In this document: positions 51,864 to 61,744 of the stretch, piece by piece
How positions within the stretch are numbered: the first letter of the stretch is position 1
How the letters are laid out: each line of letters starts with the position of its first letter
Source: an uncultured Verrucomicrobiae bacterium
GTDB lineage: Bacteria > Verrucomicrobiota > Verrucomicrobiia > Chthoniobacterales > Chthoniobacteraceae
NCBI GenBank assembly: GCA_963769025.1
Contig: CAVYKI010000003.1
Location: 352,001 to 416,000 of the forward strand
Length of the DNA: 64,000 nt
Direction of reading: 5' to 3'
Program-made: the position numbers and the translations under genes
The notes under the pieces: model-generated
The model's database searches: none
What the model was told of the DNA's origin: nothing
What the model saw: only the letters and a program-made list of their open reading frames with translations

Positions 51864-52856
51864 ATGAAATGCCGCGGCTTACGTTACCACGCAGTTCGCC
51901 TGTCGCTGACGTTCACGCTCTGGCGCTATCTCTCGGTTCTTAAGCACCGGCTATTTTCCAGGCTGCCACCCGTCGCCAGGCTCCTGGACCGCGGGCTCGC
52001 ATGGATCGAGCGCGAAGGCTTCGCGATGGCCCGAACTTTCAAGCCGATCGCCTGCGGCCCTGATGGCCATGCCGTCGAGATCCACTCGCTCCTTTGCCAC
52101 GCTCACGTGGACATGTACCTGTGGTCCGTTTTTACGTTTCAGCATTTCGTGGGAGTCGCGCTTCCCGTCGTGGTGCATGACGATGGCACCCTCACCGAGT
52201 CAGACTTGCGATTGCTGGAGAGCCGAGTTCACGGCATTCGCATCATCTCCCGGACCGAGGCGGATGCCCAGGCCTCGGAACTCCTGAAGGACAAGCCCCG
52301 CTGCCTCGAATACCGGAGCCAAACGCCCTTCGGCCCAAAACTTTTCGATTACAACCTGATGCACCGGGGACGGGCGACGATCCACTTGGATTCGGATGTC
52401 ATCTTCCTATCCGACGCCTCGAGGCTGCGTGAGATCATTCACGCCGTGCCCCACCGGTTCCATTACAACTCCGAAAAGCGGAATCCCTCCTACAATGATG
52501 AGGCGCTCGGACTCTCTCCCCGCTTCGGGCCATGCGCCGGGGACATCAACGCCGGCCTCATGTACCACCCGCGTGCATTCGCGACGCTCGACGAGCTGGA
52601 AACATGCGTCGGCTGGATTCTGGACAATTATCGGGGGCCGCTACGCAAAGACGATCAACTGGTTTATTCGGTGATGGCAGGGCGCATCGGCAGCGATGCC
52701 CTGCCGGGTCCGTATCGAGTCTCTCTCACCGAGGATGTGGGCGCGCCCCTTGTCAGCCAGCACTATCATTCGGTTTCCAAGTCTCACATGGCCTATCACG
52801 GCATTCGCGAGATTCTGCGACACCGGCCGGAGTTCACGGAAGCGTTCATCCCGTAG
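51864..52856 (+). CDS. Putative nucleotide-diphospho-sugar transferase (GT8-like GT-A fold)
   Basis: VHDDGTL, KLFD, IHLDSDVIF (DxD), INAGLM, DDQ, HY. Start uncertain. Confidence 0.6.
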   Translation: MKCRGLRYHAVRLSLTFTLWRYLSVLKHRLFSRLPPVARLLDRGLAWIEREGFAMARTFKPIACGPDGHAVEIHSLLCHAHVDMYLWSVFTFQHFVGVALPVVVHDDGTLTESDLRLLESRVHGIRIISRTEADAQASELLKDKPRCLEYRSQTPFGPKLFDYNLMHRGRATIHLDSDVIFLSDASRLREIIHAVPHRFHYNSEKRNPSYNDEALGLSPRFGPCAGDINAGLMYHPRAFATLDELETCVGWILDNYRGPLRKDDQLVYSVMAGRIGSDALPGPYRVSLTEDVGAPLVSQHYHSVSKSHMAYHGIREILRHRPEFTEAFIP

Positions 52857-52873
52857 AGGGTACGCGGCATTCC

Positions 52874-53938
52874 TCACATTTGCGCGAGAAGGTTCCGGCA
52901 AAAGTTGCGCGCGGCGACCTCAGGGAGAAGCCGCTCCTCGCGCAGACGCAGCACGCGCTCACGCATCCGCGCAATTTCAGCGGGGCTGCTGTCGAGACAG
53001 CGGCGGACGGCCCCGGCCCAATCCGCATTCGCAACGAGGATGCAATTCTCGCCGTCCACAAACGGAATCGCATAGCGATCGGGATCCTCGATCACGGGAA
53101 TTGCGCCCCGCATGCAGGCTTCGATCGTACGGTGCGTCCAGTTGCCCCCCCAGCCGGGAGGGCTGAGACAAAACTCCGATTCGCCGAGCGCCGTCGTGTA
53201 ATCGCCGGCTTTCAGGCCCACGGATCCGGCGACACCGCCGTATTCGATCCAAAGTGCTTCGGCGTCGCTCGCCCGTTCGCTTGGAAAGCGGGTGGTCAAT
53301 GAGATGCCTGCAACCGACTTCACGGTGTGCAGCACCGAGTCGAGACGCACGCCGCGTTCGGGGGGCTGACGGTTTCCGACGAATGCCACGCGGAAGCGGC
53401 GCGGACCCGCGGGCACAGGCGCGAGCATGGCGTTCCGCAAGTCCGGATCGGCCAGATACTGCGGATGTACCGACGGCGGGAAATAGAGACGACGGCGACA
53501 CCCGAAGCGAAAATCAAGCGGTTGGGGCGCCCTTTCGAAAATGGCGAAGCGTGCCCGCAAAAGATGCGAAAATCCGCGCGCCATTTCACGCAGCCAGTCA
53601 AACCGGCTGCCATAGTAGTTTGCCTCGGGGTAAATCGCCGACGCGCGGGTCAGCTTCAGCCAACCGGACAGCGAGCGTTCAAAGGGGGCATGTCGCACGA
53701 GGCCGAAAATCACCAACGATGAGGCTGCCGGCGGTTCCGCGAGGTCCGTGAGTTGGATTCGCGGGTGCTTGCGGAGGCGATCCAGAATCCACGGATGCTC
53801 GGTGTCTTCGGAACCCCGATCGAGGAACGTGACTATGCGCACGGTGAGCTGCTTTTCCGTCGCCGCAAAAACAGCCATCGTCTCGACAAAGTGCGAGAGG
53901 CGCGGCTTGAAGAATGTGATGTGCAGCGGGCTATCCAT
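52874..53938 (-). CDS. Exostosin (GT47)-like glycosyltransferase
   Basis: C-terminal YTTALGESEFCLSPPGWG..THRTIEACMRGAIPVI...IPF. Confidence 0.7.
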   Translation of the reverse strand: MDSPLHITFFKPRLSHFVETMAVFAATEKQLTVRIVTFLDRGSEDTEHPWILDRLRKHPRIQLTDLAEPPAASSLVIFGLVRHAPFERSLSGWLKLTRASAIYPEANYYGSRFDWLREMARGFSHLLRARFAIFERAPQPLDFRFGCRRRLYFPPSVHPQYLADPDLRNAMLAPVPAGPRRFRVAFVGNRQPPERGVRLDSVLHTVKSVAGISLTTRFPSERASDAEALWIEYGGVAGSVGLKAGDYTTALGESEFCLSPPGWGGNWTHRTIEACMRGAIPVIEDPDRYAIPFVDGENCILVANADWAGAVRRCLDSSPAEIARMRERVLRLREERLLPEVAARNFCRNLLAQM

Positions 53939-53994
53939 GGAAACTGAAACCGATCAGGCTCAACCTTTCGGACCGCAAACGGCCGCGGCAGGCG

Positions 53995-55269
53995 CTACTT
54001 CAGCCACTTGTCGGCGTAGTCGAGCCACACTTTCCAGTCGGGAGTGGTCATCGCGTGTTTCCCCTCGCGGATGAAGTAGCCAAGCCGAGAATCGAGGAGC
54101 TTGCCGACCTCCGGCATTTTTTCCGAAGCAAGATTGTCGCTCGCAAAAAGCCGGTAAACGGGTTCCGCGGCGCGCAGCATCTCGAACTGTCCCGCCGGAT
54201 TCGCCCACTTGTCGTCGGTGGCATTCGAGAGCAGGACAGGGCGCGGCGCGCAGAGCGCGATGAGCGCGTGTTGATCGAATGGGAGGCGTTCGGGCGCGTC
54301 GTTGAACGCCTTGAAATTGCCGCTGAACCAGTGCGGGAACGATTTGTTGATCACCGCAAGCGTCTCGACCGTCGGGCGTCCGTTTGCCTGCGGCGCTGCG
54401 AGATCGGGGGAAACGCGATCCGGCGCGGTGCCGCCGCAGCCTGCCTGGCTGGGGATGGCGAGCGCGACCCGTTCGTCGAACGCGGCGGCGACGAGCGCGG
54501 TCTTGCCGTTGCGTGAATGGCCGACGATGGCGATGCGCTTTCCGTCGATTTCCGGGACGGTGAGCAGGTAGTCGAGCATCCGGGAAAAGCCCCACGACCA
54601 CGCCATGATCGTCGCGGTGTCCGCCAGGCCGCGCTCTTCGCCGGCGCGGAAGGTTTTCAGCGCAGCTTCCGCGAGCGCCTTGTCATCCGGCACCACGTCG
54701 CCGCTGTAGAAGCTCGCGACGGCGTACCCGCGATCAATGGACTGCTCGATCGCCCAGGTTTCTTTCTGCTTCCCGCGCCCGGCGTCCGCTGCGCGATTGG
54801 GTTCGGCGCCGGGGAAACTTTCCCGCGTCCAGCCTTGCAGCAATTGGATCTTCGGATCGTCGAGGACCTGGTAGTTGCCGTTGAAATTCATCCCGAGAAA
54901 GCACGCCGCCGGTTTCGTGCGCCGGTTCGGCACGACGACGAGCAGATGCACGGGCGCAGCGAGACCGCAATCCACGAGGACCTCCCGCAACGTCGCCTTG
55001 CCGCCGAGTGCGCCCTTGTCTTCGCGGATGATTTTCCCGCTCACCGGGCGCGGCTGCGGGCGGGCGCCGTACATGTAGTGCTGGAAAAGCGCCCGCAATT
55101 CCGGCGCGCGCTTCGTGAGCCATTCCTCCTTCGTCGTGACGCGCGTGCCGTCACGCATGACCAAAGGATCTGGCAGCGCGGCGACGGCGGGCAATTGATC
55201 CGGTGCTGGAAAGTCGGCGGCGATGGCGGTCACGGCGAGCAGAGGGGAGAGAAGGGAGGCGAGTTTCAT
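53995..55269 (-). CDS. Glucuronoyl esterase (CE15) family, secreted
   Basis: LPDPL, AWSWGFSR, GHSRNGKTAL, AFDERV, PFDQHALIALCAPRP, DKWANPAG, REGKH. Confidence 0.9.
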   Translation of the reverse strand: MKLASLLSPLLAVTAIAADFPAPDQLPAVAALPDPLVMRDGTRVTTKEEWLTKRAPELRALFQHYMYGARPQPRPVSGKIIREDKGALGGKATLREVLVDCGLAAPVHLLVVVPNRRTKPAACFLGMNFNGNYQVLDDPKIQLLQGWTRESFPGAEPNRAADAGRGKQKETWAIEQSIDRGYAVASFYSGDVVPDDKALAEAALKTFRAGEERGLADTATIMAWSWGFSRMLDYLLTVPEIDGKRIAIVGHSRNGKTALVAAAFDERVALAIPSQAGCGGTAPDRVSPDLAAPQANGRPTVETLAVINKSFPHWFSGNFKAFNDAPERLPFDQHALIALCAPRPVLLSNATDDKWANPAGQFEMLRAAEPVYRLFASDNLASEKMPEVGKLLDSRLGYFIREGKHAMTTPDWKVWLDYADKWLK

Positions 55270-55304
55270 CGGGAGAAAACCGGAGTGGAAATGGAACCGC
55301 CGCG

Positions 55305-56561
55305 CTATTTCCGCAGCGAGTAGCACAGCAGGACGTCCTGATCCCGCACGTAGAGCTTCCCGTCATGGATGGCGGGATGCGGCCAACTCGGGCCGTTCAC
55401 GGTCGCGAGTTTGAATGTCCCCTTTTCGCTGTAGCCCGCGGGCGAGGCCTCGATCAGCGCCATGATGCCGTCCTGGTAGCGGAAGTAGAGATTGCCATCC
55501 GCGGCGATGACCGCGGCGCTTTCCTTGCCCGGGCCGCGCTCCTGCTGCCACACGACCTTGCCGGTCTTCCATTCGAGGCAGATGGGGAATCCATTGTTGT
55601 GGCCCTTGCCGGCGTAGATGTGGTCGCCGATGCGCACCATGCCGCCGTGGTGGTTTTGGAATGTGGATGCGTTCAGGAAATACTGCTCCTCCGCGGTGAC
55701 CGGCGATCCGTCGGTACCAGCACCTTTCGCGATTTTCAGCAGCGCCGAGCCCGTGCCGTAGCCGCTTGAGACGAACACGTAGTCCTCCCACACGAGCGGT
55801 GTGGGGATGACGGCGGTGCCGTTTGCGACGCGGTTGTATTGCCAGAGCAGCTTCCCGCTTTGCGCGTCCACGCCGATGGCGCCCTTGCCGACGAGTGTCA
55901 CGTACTGGCGGATGCCAGCGGCGTTCGACACCACCACGCCGGTGTAGCCCGCGCCGTTGTGTCCTTTTCCCTCCAGCGTGGCGGCGGTCTTCCAAAGAAT
56001 CTCGCCGGTCTTTTTGTTCAACGCAGCAACGACCGCCTCGGCACTGCCGGGCACGACGATGAGCTTGTCGCCATCCACGAAAGGCGACTCGCTGAACTGC
56101 CACGTAGGCTTCGGCGCATTGCCAAAATCAGCCGTGAAACTCTTGCGCCACACTTCGCTGCCGTCGGTCGCGGAGACGCACACGAGGTCGCCTTCCGAGC
56201 TGAGCGCATAGACGAGGGCGCCATCCACGGTCGGCGTGCAGCGCGGCTCGCCGCCCTTGTCGCACAATTTCGCGGCCCACACTTCCTTCTGCGTCGCGGC
56301 GTCCAGTGCGACGATGAACTGGCCGCCCTTGCGCCCGCCCATCGTGTAAATCTTTCCGCCCGCCACGGAGACGGAGGCCATGCCGCGTCCGAGCCCGGTT
56401 GCCTTCCATGCGAGCGCCGGGCCTTCCTGCGGCCACTGCTTGAGCAGGCCGGTCGCGGGGAAAATGCCGTCACGATTGGGCCCGCGCCATTGCTGGATAT
56501 CGGCGGGGGCGGAGATGGCCGCAGATGCGGCGGCGAACAAAGCGAAGGGGAGGAATTTCAT
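55305..56561 (-). CDS. PQQ-like/BamB-like beta-propeller protein, secreted
   Basis: QWRGPNRDG, repeated G-x-x-x-W blades, WPHPAIHDGKLYVRD. Confidence 0.88.
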   Translation of the reverse strand: MKFLPFALFAAASAAISAPADIQQWRGPNRDGIFPATGLLKQWPQEGPALAWKATGLGRGMASVSVAGGKIYTMGGRKGGQFIVALDAATQKEVWAAKLCDKGGEPRCTPTVDGALVYALSSEGDLVCVSATDGSEVWRKSFTADFGNAPKPTWQFSESPFVDGDKLIVVPGSAEAVVAALNKKTGEILWKTAATLEGKGHNGAGYTGVVVSNAAGIRQYVTLVGKGAIGVDAQSGKLLWQYNRVANGTAVIPTPLVWEDYVFVSSGYGTGSALLKIAKGAGTDGSPVTAEEQYFLNASTFQNHHGGMVRIGDHIYAGKGHNNGFPICLEWKTGKVVWQQERGPGKESAAVIAADGNLYFRYQDGIMALIEASPAGYSEKGTFKLATVNGPSWPHPAIHDGKLYVRDQDVLLCYSLRK

Positions 56562-56633
56562 ACCCTCCACGTGTGCCAGCCGCATTCTTGCGCGGCAATC
56601 CGCATTTCCCGCGCAGGCGGATTCGGGGACGGG

Positions 56634-57791
56634 CTACGAACTCGCTGGCAGAGTGAGCGCGCCCGAGTTCCAGAAATCCACGATCTCAAGTGATTGGAAA
56701 CGGAACACCACGAGCAGTGCGTCGCTCAGCGGGATGCCGAGCTTGTGCGCGATGACCTGCAGCGACTCGGAGCCGTTGATCGCGGACGCGAAACGCGCCT
56801 CGACGTCGTTGAGCTTGAGCTTCTGGATGAGGTCGTAGCCGCGCCGCGTGTAGGCGGGCGAGCCGTTCGGATCGGGCCGCTGATTGGGCGCGATCTGGTC
56901 GAACTTCACGTGGCGCAACGAGCCGAGGATCCAGTTGTCGGCGTCGTCACCGCTCTCGGGGAAATTCGCGACGTAATCCGGAAAATTCTCCGTCTCCTCG
57001 AACTCGAACGTGATGCGCCCCGCCGTGTGGAGATGGCTGAAGAGCCGCTGGCCGTGGTCGCGCGTGATTTGCACCACGTCGTCGTGCGGGAATCCATTGC
57101 GCACACTGAGAAAAAGAAATATCGGGCAAGCGGTCATCTGCTGGTTGACCTGCGATTCGACGATGAGGCCAAGATTCGTCGCCGAGAGAATCACGGGGCT
57201 GCCCCCGCAATAGAGCTGAAAGTTGTGCGTGGTCGCGAAGAGGAAGCGTCCCGCATTCATCCACAGATCAACCGGGTGGCGTCCAAGCTGGAACCGCAGC
57301 ACGCCGGTGAGGCGGTCCCCCTGCGCCATGTGCAGGGCCTGGCGGAGCGAGATGACTCCCGTGTGGCCGCTGAAGGCCACGCCGCCGGAACGCGTCGCAA
57401 GCATCCTGCGGCTGCCGGCCTTGCCACCGAGGATTTCTCCGACAGCCGCGGCGAGGGCGTCGATCGTCGCAGGCTTGGTGAGCGTGCGCGCGATGTTCGG
57501 ATATTTGCCGTTGTATTCGTGCGTCCGCGAAGCGTCCGCGAGCAGCAGCACAGGAGTGTTGGCCGAAAACGGATCCACGGCGAGGCGGGCGAGCACGGTG
57601 CCGGCGTCGGCATCAGGCAGCGCGTCATTCAGCAGCACCAGGTCGGGGCTCGCGGCGTTCAGCCGTTCAAAGACATCGCTGCCGCGCGATGCGACGAGCA
57701 CGTCGCAGCCGGGGAAATGCCGGGCAAAGACATTCTCCGCGATGTCGGCGGCGGTCTGTGGGTCGTCAATGACGAGGATTTTCTGGGCCAT
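56634..57791 (-). CDS. Atypical response regulator (pseudo-receiver + DUF4388/PATAN-like domain)
   Basis: KILVIDD, PDLVLLNDALP (Asn at the phospho-Asp position), LTKP. Then FSGHTGVISL...LTGVLRF...LWMNAGR. Confidence 0.7.
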   Translation of the reverse strand: MAQKILVIDDPQTAADIAENVFARHFPGCDVLVASRGSDVFERLNAASPDLVLLNDALPDADAGTVLARLAVDPFSANTPVLLLADASRTHEYNGKYPNIARTLTKPATIDALAAAVGEILGGKAGSRRMLATRSGGVAFSGHTGVISLRQALHMAQGDRLTGVLRFQLGRHPVDLWMNAGRFLFATTHNFQLYCGGSPVILSATNLGLIVESQVNQQMTACPIFLFLSVRNGFPHDDVVQITRDHGQRLFSHLHTAGRITFEFEETENFPDYVANFPESGDDADNWILGSLRHVKFDQIAPNQRPDPNGSPAYTRRGYDLIQKLKLNDVEARFASAINGSESLQVIAHKLGIPLSDALLVVFRFQSLEIVDFWNSGALTLPASS

Positions 57792-57859
57792 GCTGGATTC
57801 TGGACGGTCGAGGGCAGCGTGCAGGCAGGAGCGCAGGGAAGTCAACCCAGCAGTCCCGC

Positions 57860-58882
57860 CTAGCGGAAGGACTGGAGGGCGCGCAGTTTCGCGAGCGCGC
57901 CGCCGCCATCGAGCGCCTTACGCGCAAGGTCCAGGCCGCCACCGATGTCGTTCGCGAGTCCGGCGACGACCAGTGCGGCGGCGGAATTGAGCAGCACCAT
58001 GTCGCGTTTCGGCCCGCGCTCCGAGCCGTCGAGGATGCTCACGAGAATGGCTGCGTTCTCGGTGCGCTCGCCGCCGCGCAGTGCTTCCGGCGCGCAGCGG
58101 GCGAGGCCGAATTCCTCTGGAGTGAGCGTGAATGCACTCACCGTCCCGCCCTGCACCGAGCGGACTTCGCCCGGCCCGGTGAGCGACAGTTCATCCGTGC
58201 CGTCGCCATGGACCACCCACGCACAGCGGCGTCCGAGGATGCGCAGGGCCTCCGCGTACTTCGGCAGCAGCGCGGCGCTGAAAAGCCCGATGAGCTGGTG
58301 CTCCGGCCTCCCGGGATTCAGCAGCGGGCCGAGGAGATTGAAAATCGTCGGAGAGCCCTCGGCGGCGAGTTCCTTGCGCACCGGGCCGATGGCCTTGAAC
58401 GCCGGATGCCACGCGGGCGCAAACAGGAACGCCACCCCGTGCTGTTCGAGGCACTGGCGCAGTCGGGCGGGCGTGAGCTCGAGCTTCACTCCCAGTTCCT
58501 CGAGGACATCCGCGGCGCCGGTCTTCGAGGTGATGGAACGGTTGCCGTGCTTCATCACGCACGCGCCCGCCGCCGCGGCGACGAACATCACCGCCGTCGA
58601 GACATTGAAATACCCGCGCTGATCTCCGCCGGTGCCGCAAACATCCAGCGTCGGTCCCCGCATGCGCGCCAGATCGAGTTCCGGATTCACCGCGTGCGCG
58701 AGCAGGGCGTGGGAAAATGCCGCGATCTCCGCCGCAGTCTCACCTTTCGCGCGCAGCGCCTTCAGGAATTCCTTCTTCTCGACGCCCGGCGCTTCCGCGG
58801 AGACGAGCGCGCCGACCGCCTCGCGGACCTCAGCAGCGCCGAGGTCGCAACCGTTGCGCAGCAGTTGTGTCAATGTCTCCAT
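57860..58882 (-). CDS. trpD: Anthranilate phosphoribosyltransferase
   Basis: KGETAAEI, DVCGTGGD, FNVST, KHGNRSITSKTGAADVLE, HPAFK, TIFNLLGPLLNP, GTDEL. Confidence 0.96.
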   Translation of the reverse strand: METLTQLLRNGCDLGAAEVREAVGALVSAEAPGVEKKEFLKALRAKGETAAEIAAFSHALLAHAVNPELDLARMRGPTLDVCGTGGDQRGYFNVSTAVMFVAAAAGACVMKHGNRSITSKTGAADVLEELGVKLELTPARLRQCLEQHGVAFLFAPAWHPAFKAIGPVRKELAAEGSPTIFNLLGPLLNPGRPEHQLIGLFSAALLPKYAEALRILGRRCAWVVHGDGTDELSLTGPGEVRSVQGGTVSAFTLTPEEFGLARCAPEALRGGERTENAAILVSILDGSERGPKRDMVLLNSAAALVVAGLANDIGGGLDLARKALDGGGALAKLRALQSFR

Positions 58883-58921
58883 GGTCAAAATACGGACGCC
58901 GGTGATGGCGTCCGCGACGGC

Positions 58922-60028
58922 TCATGCAGGACGGTTGCACCAGGAAAATGATGCCTCCGATGATCGCGAGGATGAGCAGCACGAGCAGGATGATTTTGAT
59001 CGGACTCTTCGGATACCGGCCCGCTGATGGCGCCGGTGTAGCCGTTGATCACCACCTGGAAGTTTTTGCTGCCATACGTGTAGGCCAGCAGCCACACGGG
59101 GACGAGGATGTGCTTGAAGGTCTGCCCGGAAAAATCGGCGTCCACATTCAGGTCGCGGTGCGTGTCGCCCGGCACCTGCTTCGCGCAGAGCTGCCGCGTC
59201 TTTTCCTCCATGACTTTCTGTGCGTGCTCGCGCCGCCGCGACCAGATCGATCTGGTATTGCTCCACCACCCAGCCGCTGAGGAAACCCGGGTCGTACGGC
59301 TTCAGGTCGCTGGTGGTGGGGAATGGTTCGACGCCCCGGAGCAGCTTCGTCTCGACACCCTTCGTCGCCGGCACGAGTTCATCGTCGAAGAAATGATCGA
59401 GGTGGCCGCTCGACGGATACCAGCGCGTCTTGCGCACCTGCCGGGTCTGCCGCTTGCCCTGCGAGTCGGTGTAGGATTCCGTCTCGTAGTAGTAGTTGCC
59501 AGACATCGCCGTCCAGTCCGCGCTCACCTGCGCGTCGAAGGTCCAGTACGGGATGTAAATGCCATGCACCGTGTCGGTGAGCGCGCGGGTCCCGAGCTTG
59601 TTCGGGGCGAACCATCGCGAGCCGTACCACTTGCGGATCGCCTCGCGCACCTGCGTCTCGGGGAGCTTGAATTCCAGCAGGCTGTCCGGACGGATGGGCC
59701 GCGCCTGCTGGTCCACCGGGATGATCGCCGCCGACCCGCAGAAGTCGCACCGCTGCGCCGCGCGGCTTGGATCGAAGACGGTGATCGCCTGGCAGCTCTG
59801 GCACTTCACGGATTTTTTCTCCGTCGCCCACCCGCGATCCTCCGGCCCGATCGCGCGCAGCGCCGTGGCCAGATCGTGCTCCGCGATGTTGCCCGCCGCG
59901 TCCATCGTCGCCGGCGACACCGTCCCGCAATACGGGCACACGAGCGCCTGCTTCGCGGCATTCCACTGCGCCTCGGCACCGCAGGCCGGGCAGTTGTATT
60001 TCTGGCGTGCTTGGACTTCGTCACTCAT
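58922..60028 (-). CDS. Double Zn-ribbon membrane protein typically paired with SPFH/YdjI-like genes (frameshifts near the 3' end; stop approximate)
   Basis: CPACG, CPYCG, CQSCQ, CDFCG; GIYIPYWTFD; LSGWVVEQY; TFKHILVPVW...INGYTG; C-terminal TM. Confidence 0.8.
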   Translation of the reverse strand: MSDEVQARQKYNCPACGAEAQWNAAKQALVCPYCGTVSPATMDAAGNIAEHDLATALRAIGPEDRGWATEKKSVKCQSCQAITVFDPSRAAQRCDFCGSAAIIPVDQQARPIRPDSLLEFKLPETQVREAIRKWYGSRWFAPNKLGTRALTDTVHGIYIPYWTFDAQVSADWTAMSGNYYYETESYTDSQGKRQTRQVRKTRWYPSSGHLDHFFDDELVPATKGVETKLLRGVEPFPTTSDLKPYDPGFLSGWVVEQYQIDLVAAARARTESHGGKDAAALREAGAGRHAPRPECGRRFFRADLQAHPRPRVAAGLHVWQQKLPGGDQRLHRRHQRAGIRRVRSKSSCSCCSSSRSSEASFSWCNRPA

Positions 60029-60933
60029 ACGCGGGGAAATCGAAAGCTGGTTTTCCTGATTTCGTCCACCACTCGTTTGCGCGCCGTTTCGAGAAACGCC
60101 GCATCCATTTCGATGCCGACAAATCTGCGCCCGAGCCGGGCTGCGGCGACTCCCGTGGTGCCGCTGCCGAGGAACGGATCGAATACGAGATCACCCGGTT
60201 GCGTGGACGCGAGCAGGCAGCGCTCGACCAGTTCGATCGGCTTCTGCGTCGGGTGGCGGCCGTGAGTTTTCTCCGCGCCGGCCGGAGCCTTCATCCGCCA
60301 GACGGATTTCATCTGCCGCCCCGCATTGGCCTCGCGCATCGCGGCGTAGTCGAACGTGTGCCTGCTGCGCTCATTCTTCGCGGCCCAGAGGATCGTCTCG
60401 GTGGAGTGCGTGAAGTAGCGGCACGAAAGGTTCGGCGGCGGATTCGGTTTTTCCCACGTGATGTGGTTGAGCAGCTTGAAGCCGAGTTGCTGCAGCGCGA
60501 AGCCGACGCTGAAAATCATGTGCTGCGTGCCGCTCACCCAGATCGTGCCGTCGGGCTTCAGCGCCTGCTGGCAGCGGCGCAGCCATTCGCGGTTGTACTC
60601 GTGGTTTCCCTCCGCGCCGCGCGACTCGTCCCATGCCCCCTTGTCCACCTTCGCCCTGCGCCCGGATTTGCAGGTGCTGCCGCCGTTGCTCAGAAAATAC
60701 GGCGGGTCGGCAAAAATCGCGTCGAACACTCCCTCCGGGTGCCGCCCGATGATCCCATCCAGCACCGCGAGACAATCGCCCTCGCAGAGCAAAATTCCCA
60801 CGCGCCTGTCGTGGAGCGCCGTCGCTCCGTGCGTCGCGAGCCCGGCGGGATCGAACGCTCGATCCCGTGCGGATGCCTTCCGTTTTTTTGCTGCGATGGG
60901 CACGGGTGATGAGCCGGGCAGCGTCGCCGCCAC
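60025..60933 (-). CDS. Beta-class N6-adenine DNA methyltransferase, DpnA/M.DpnIIB-like, orphan
   Basis: IFADPPYFLSNGG...VDKGAWD, WEKPNPPPNLSCRYFTHSTETILWA, GRQMKSVW, EKTHGRHPTQKP, DPFLGSGTTG. Confidence 0.9.
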   Translation of the reverse strand: MAATLPGSSPVPIAAKKRKASARDRAFDPAGLATHGATALHDRRVGILLCEGDCLAVLDGIIGRHPEGVFDAIFADPPYFLSNGGSTCKSGRRAKVDKGAWDESRGAEGNHEYNREWLRRCQQALKPDGTIWVSGTQHMIFSVGFALQQLGFKLLNHITWEKPNPPPNLSCRYFTHSTETILWAAKNERSRHTFDYAAMREANAGRQMKSVWRMKAPAGAEKTHGRHPTQKPIELVERCLLASTQPGDLVFDPFLGSGTTGVAAARLGRRFVGIEMDAAFLETARKRVVDEIRKTSFRFPRV

Positions 60934-61739
60934 TACGGCAGCGGGATGTCCTTCAGCGCGATTGGAACGGTGACGACCGACTTGTCCGTCACCACGTAGA
61001 TTTTCGCGACCGCATCCGCGGGAGGCTTCGCATTGAAGGTGATCGTCACGGTCTTCGATCCGGCGAAGCCGCTCGACATGCGTCCATTCGACTCGAGCTT
61101 TTTGCCTGCAGCGTCGCAGAACTCCACGGATGCCACCTTGCCCTTCGCATCCTTGATGACATAGCCGAGATCGTTCTCTCCAAGGCTCCCGCCAAAGCCG
61201 AAGCCCGCGTCCTTCTTCTCCTCCTTGCCGGGCTTGCGCAGCGTGATCTCCACGCCCGCCGCCTTCAGCACCGCGTTCTCCAGCGGCTTGTCAGCGTCCT
61301 TCGCCACGCTCGCCGTGATGACCGCCGCCGGATCCTTCGCCGGGATGAGCAGTTCGATGCTGCCGTTCAGCGCCTTGATCGCCTTCGCGGCGCGCGGCGG
61401 GTTTGCAAACTCCAGCTTCACCTGAAACTCGTCCGCCTTTTTGTCATCGCTGAATCCGCCGCCGAACGCCTTCTGCAATTCCTCAAAGCCGTCGCCGCCG
61501 AAACGGTTTTCCGCCTTTGCAAGCGGCTTGCCCGTGTCGTCCGCTGCATCCTTCACCGTCGTGCGAATGCCTTTCGCTTCGGCGAGTTCGGGGCCGCTGA
61601 GCTTCAGTTCGATTTCCAGCCCGGCGAAAAACTTGCCGGTCGTGCGCTTGTCATTGATGTCGCCGACCGTGACTTTCACCTCGGCGAACGCCGAATGCGC
61701 AAGGACGGCCGCCGACGCCGCAAGGAAGAGCGTTTTCAT
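60933..61739 (-). CDS. Secreted hypothetical protein
   Basis: Signal peptide MKTLFLAASAAVLAHSAFA, beta-rich body, codon usage typical of the window. Confidence 0.75.
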   Translation of the reverse strand: MKTLFLAASAAVLAHSAFAEVKVTVGDINDKRTTGKFFAGLEIELKLSGPELAEAKGIRTTVKDAADDTGKPLAKAENRFGGDGFEELQKAFGGGFSDDKKADEFQVKLEFANPPRAAKAIKALNGSIELLIPAKDPAAVITASVAKDADKPLENAVLKAAGVEITLRKPGKEEKKDAGFGFGGSLGENDLGYVIKDAKGKVASVEFCDAAGKKLESNGRMSSGFAGSKTVTITFNAKPPADAVAKIYVVTDKSVVTVPIALKDIPLP

Positions 61740-61744
61740 GATGG

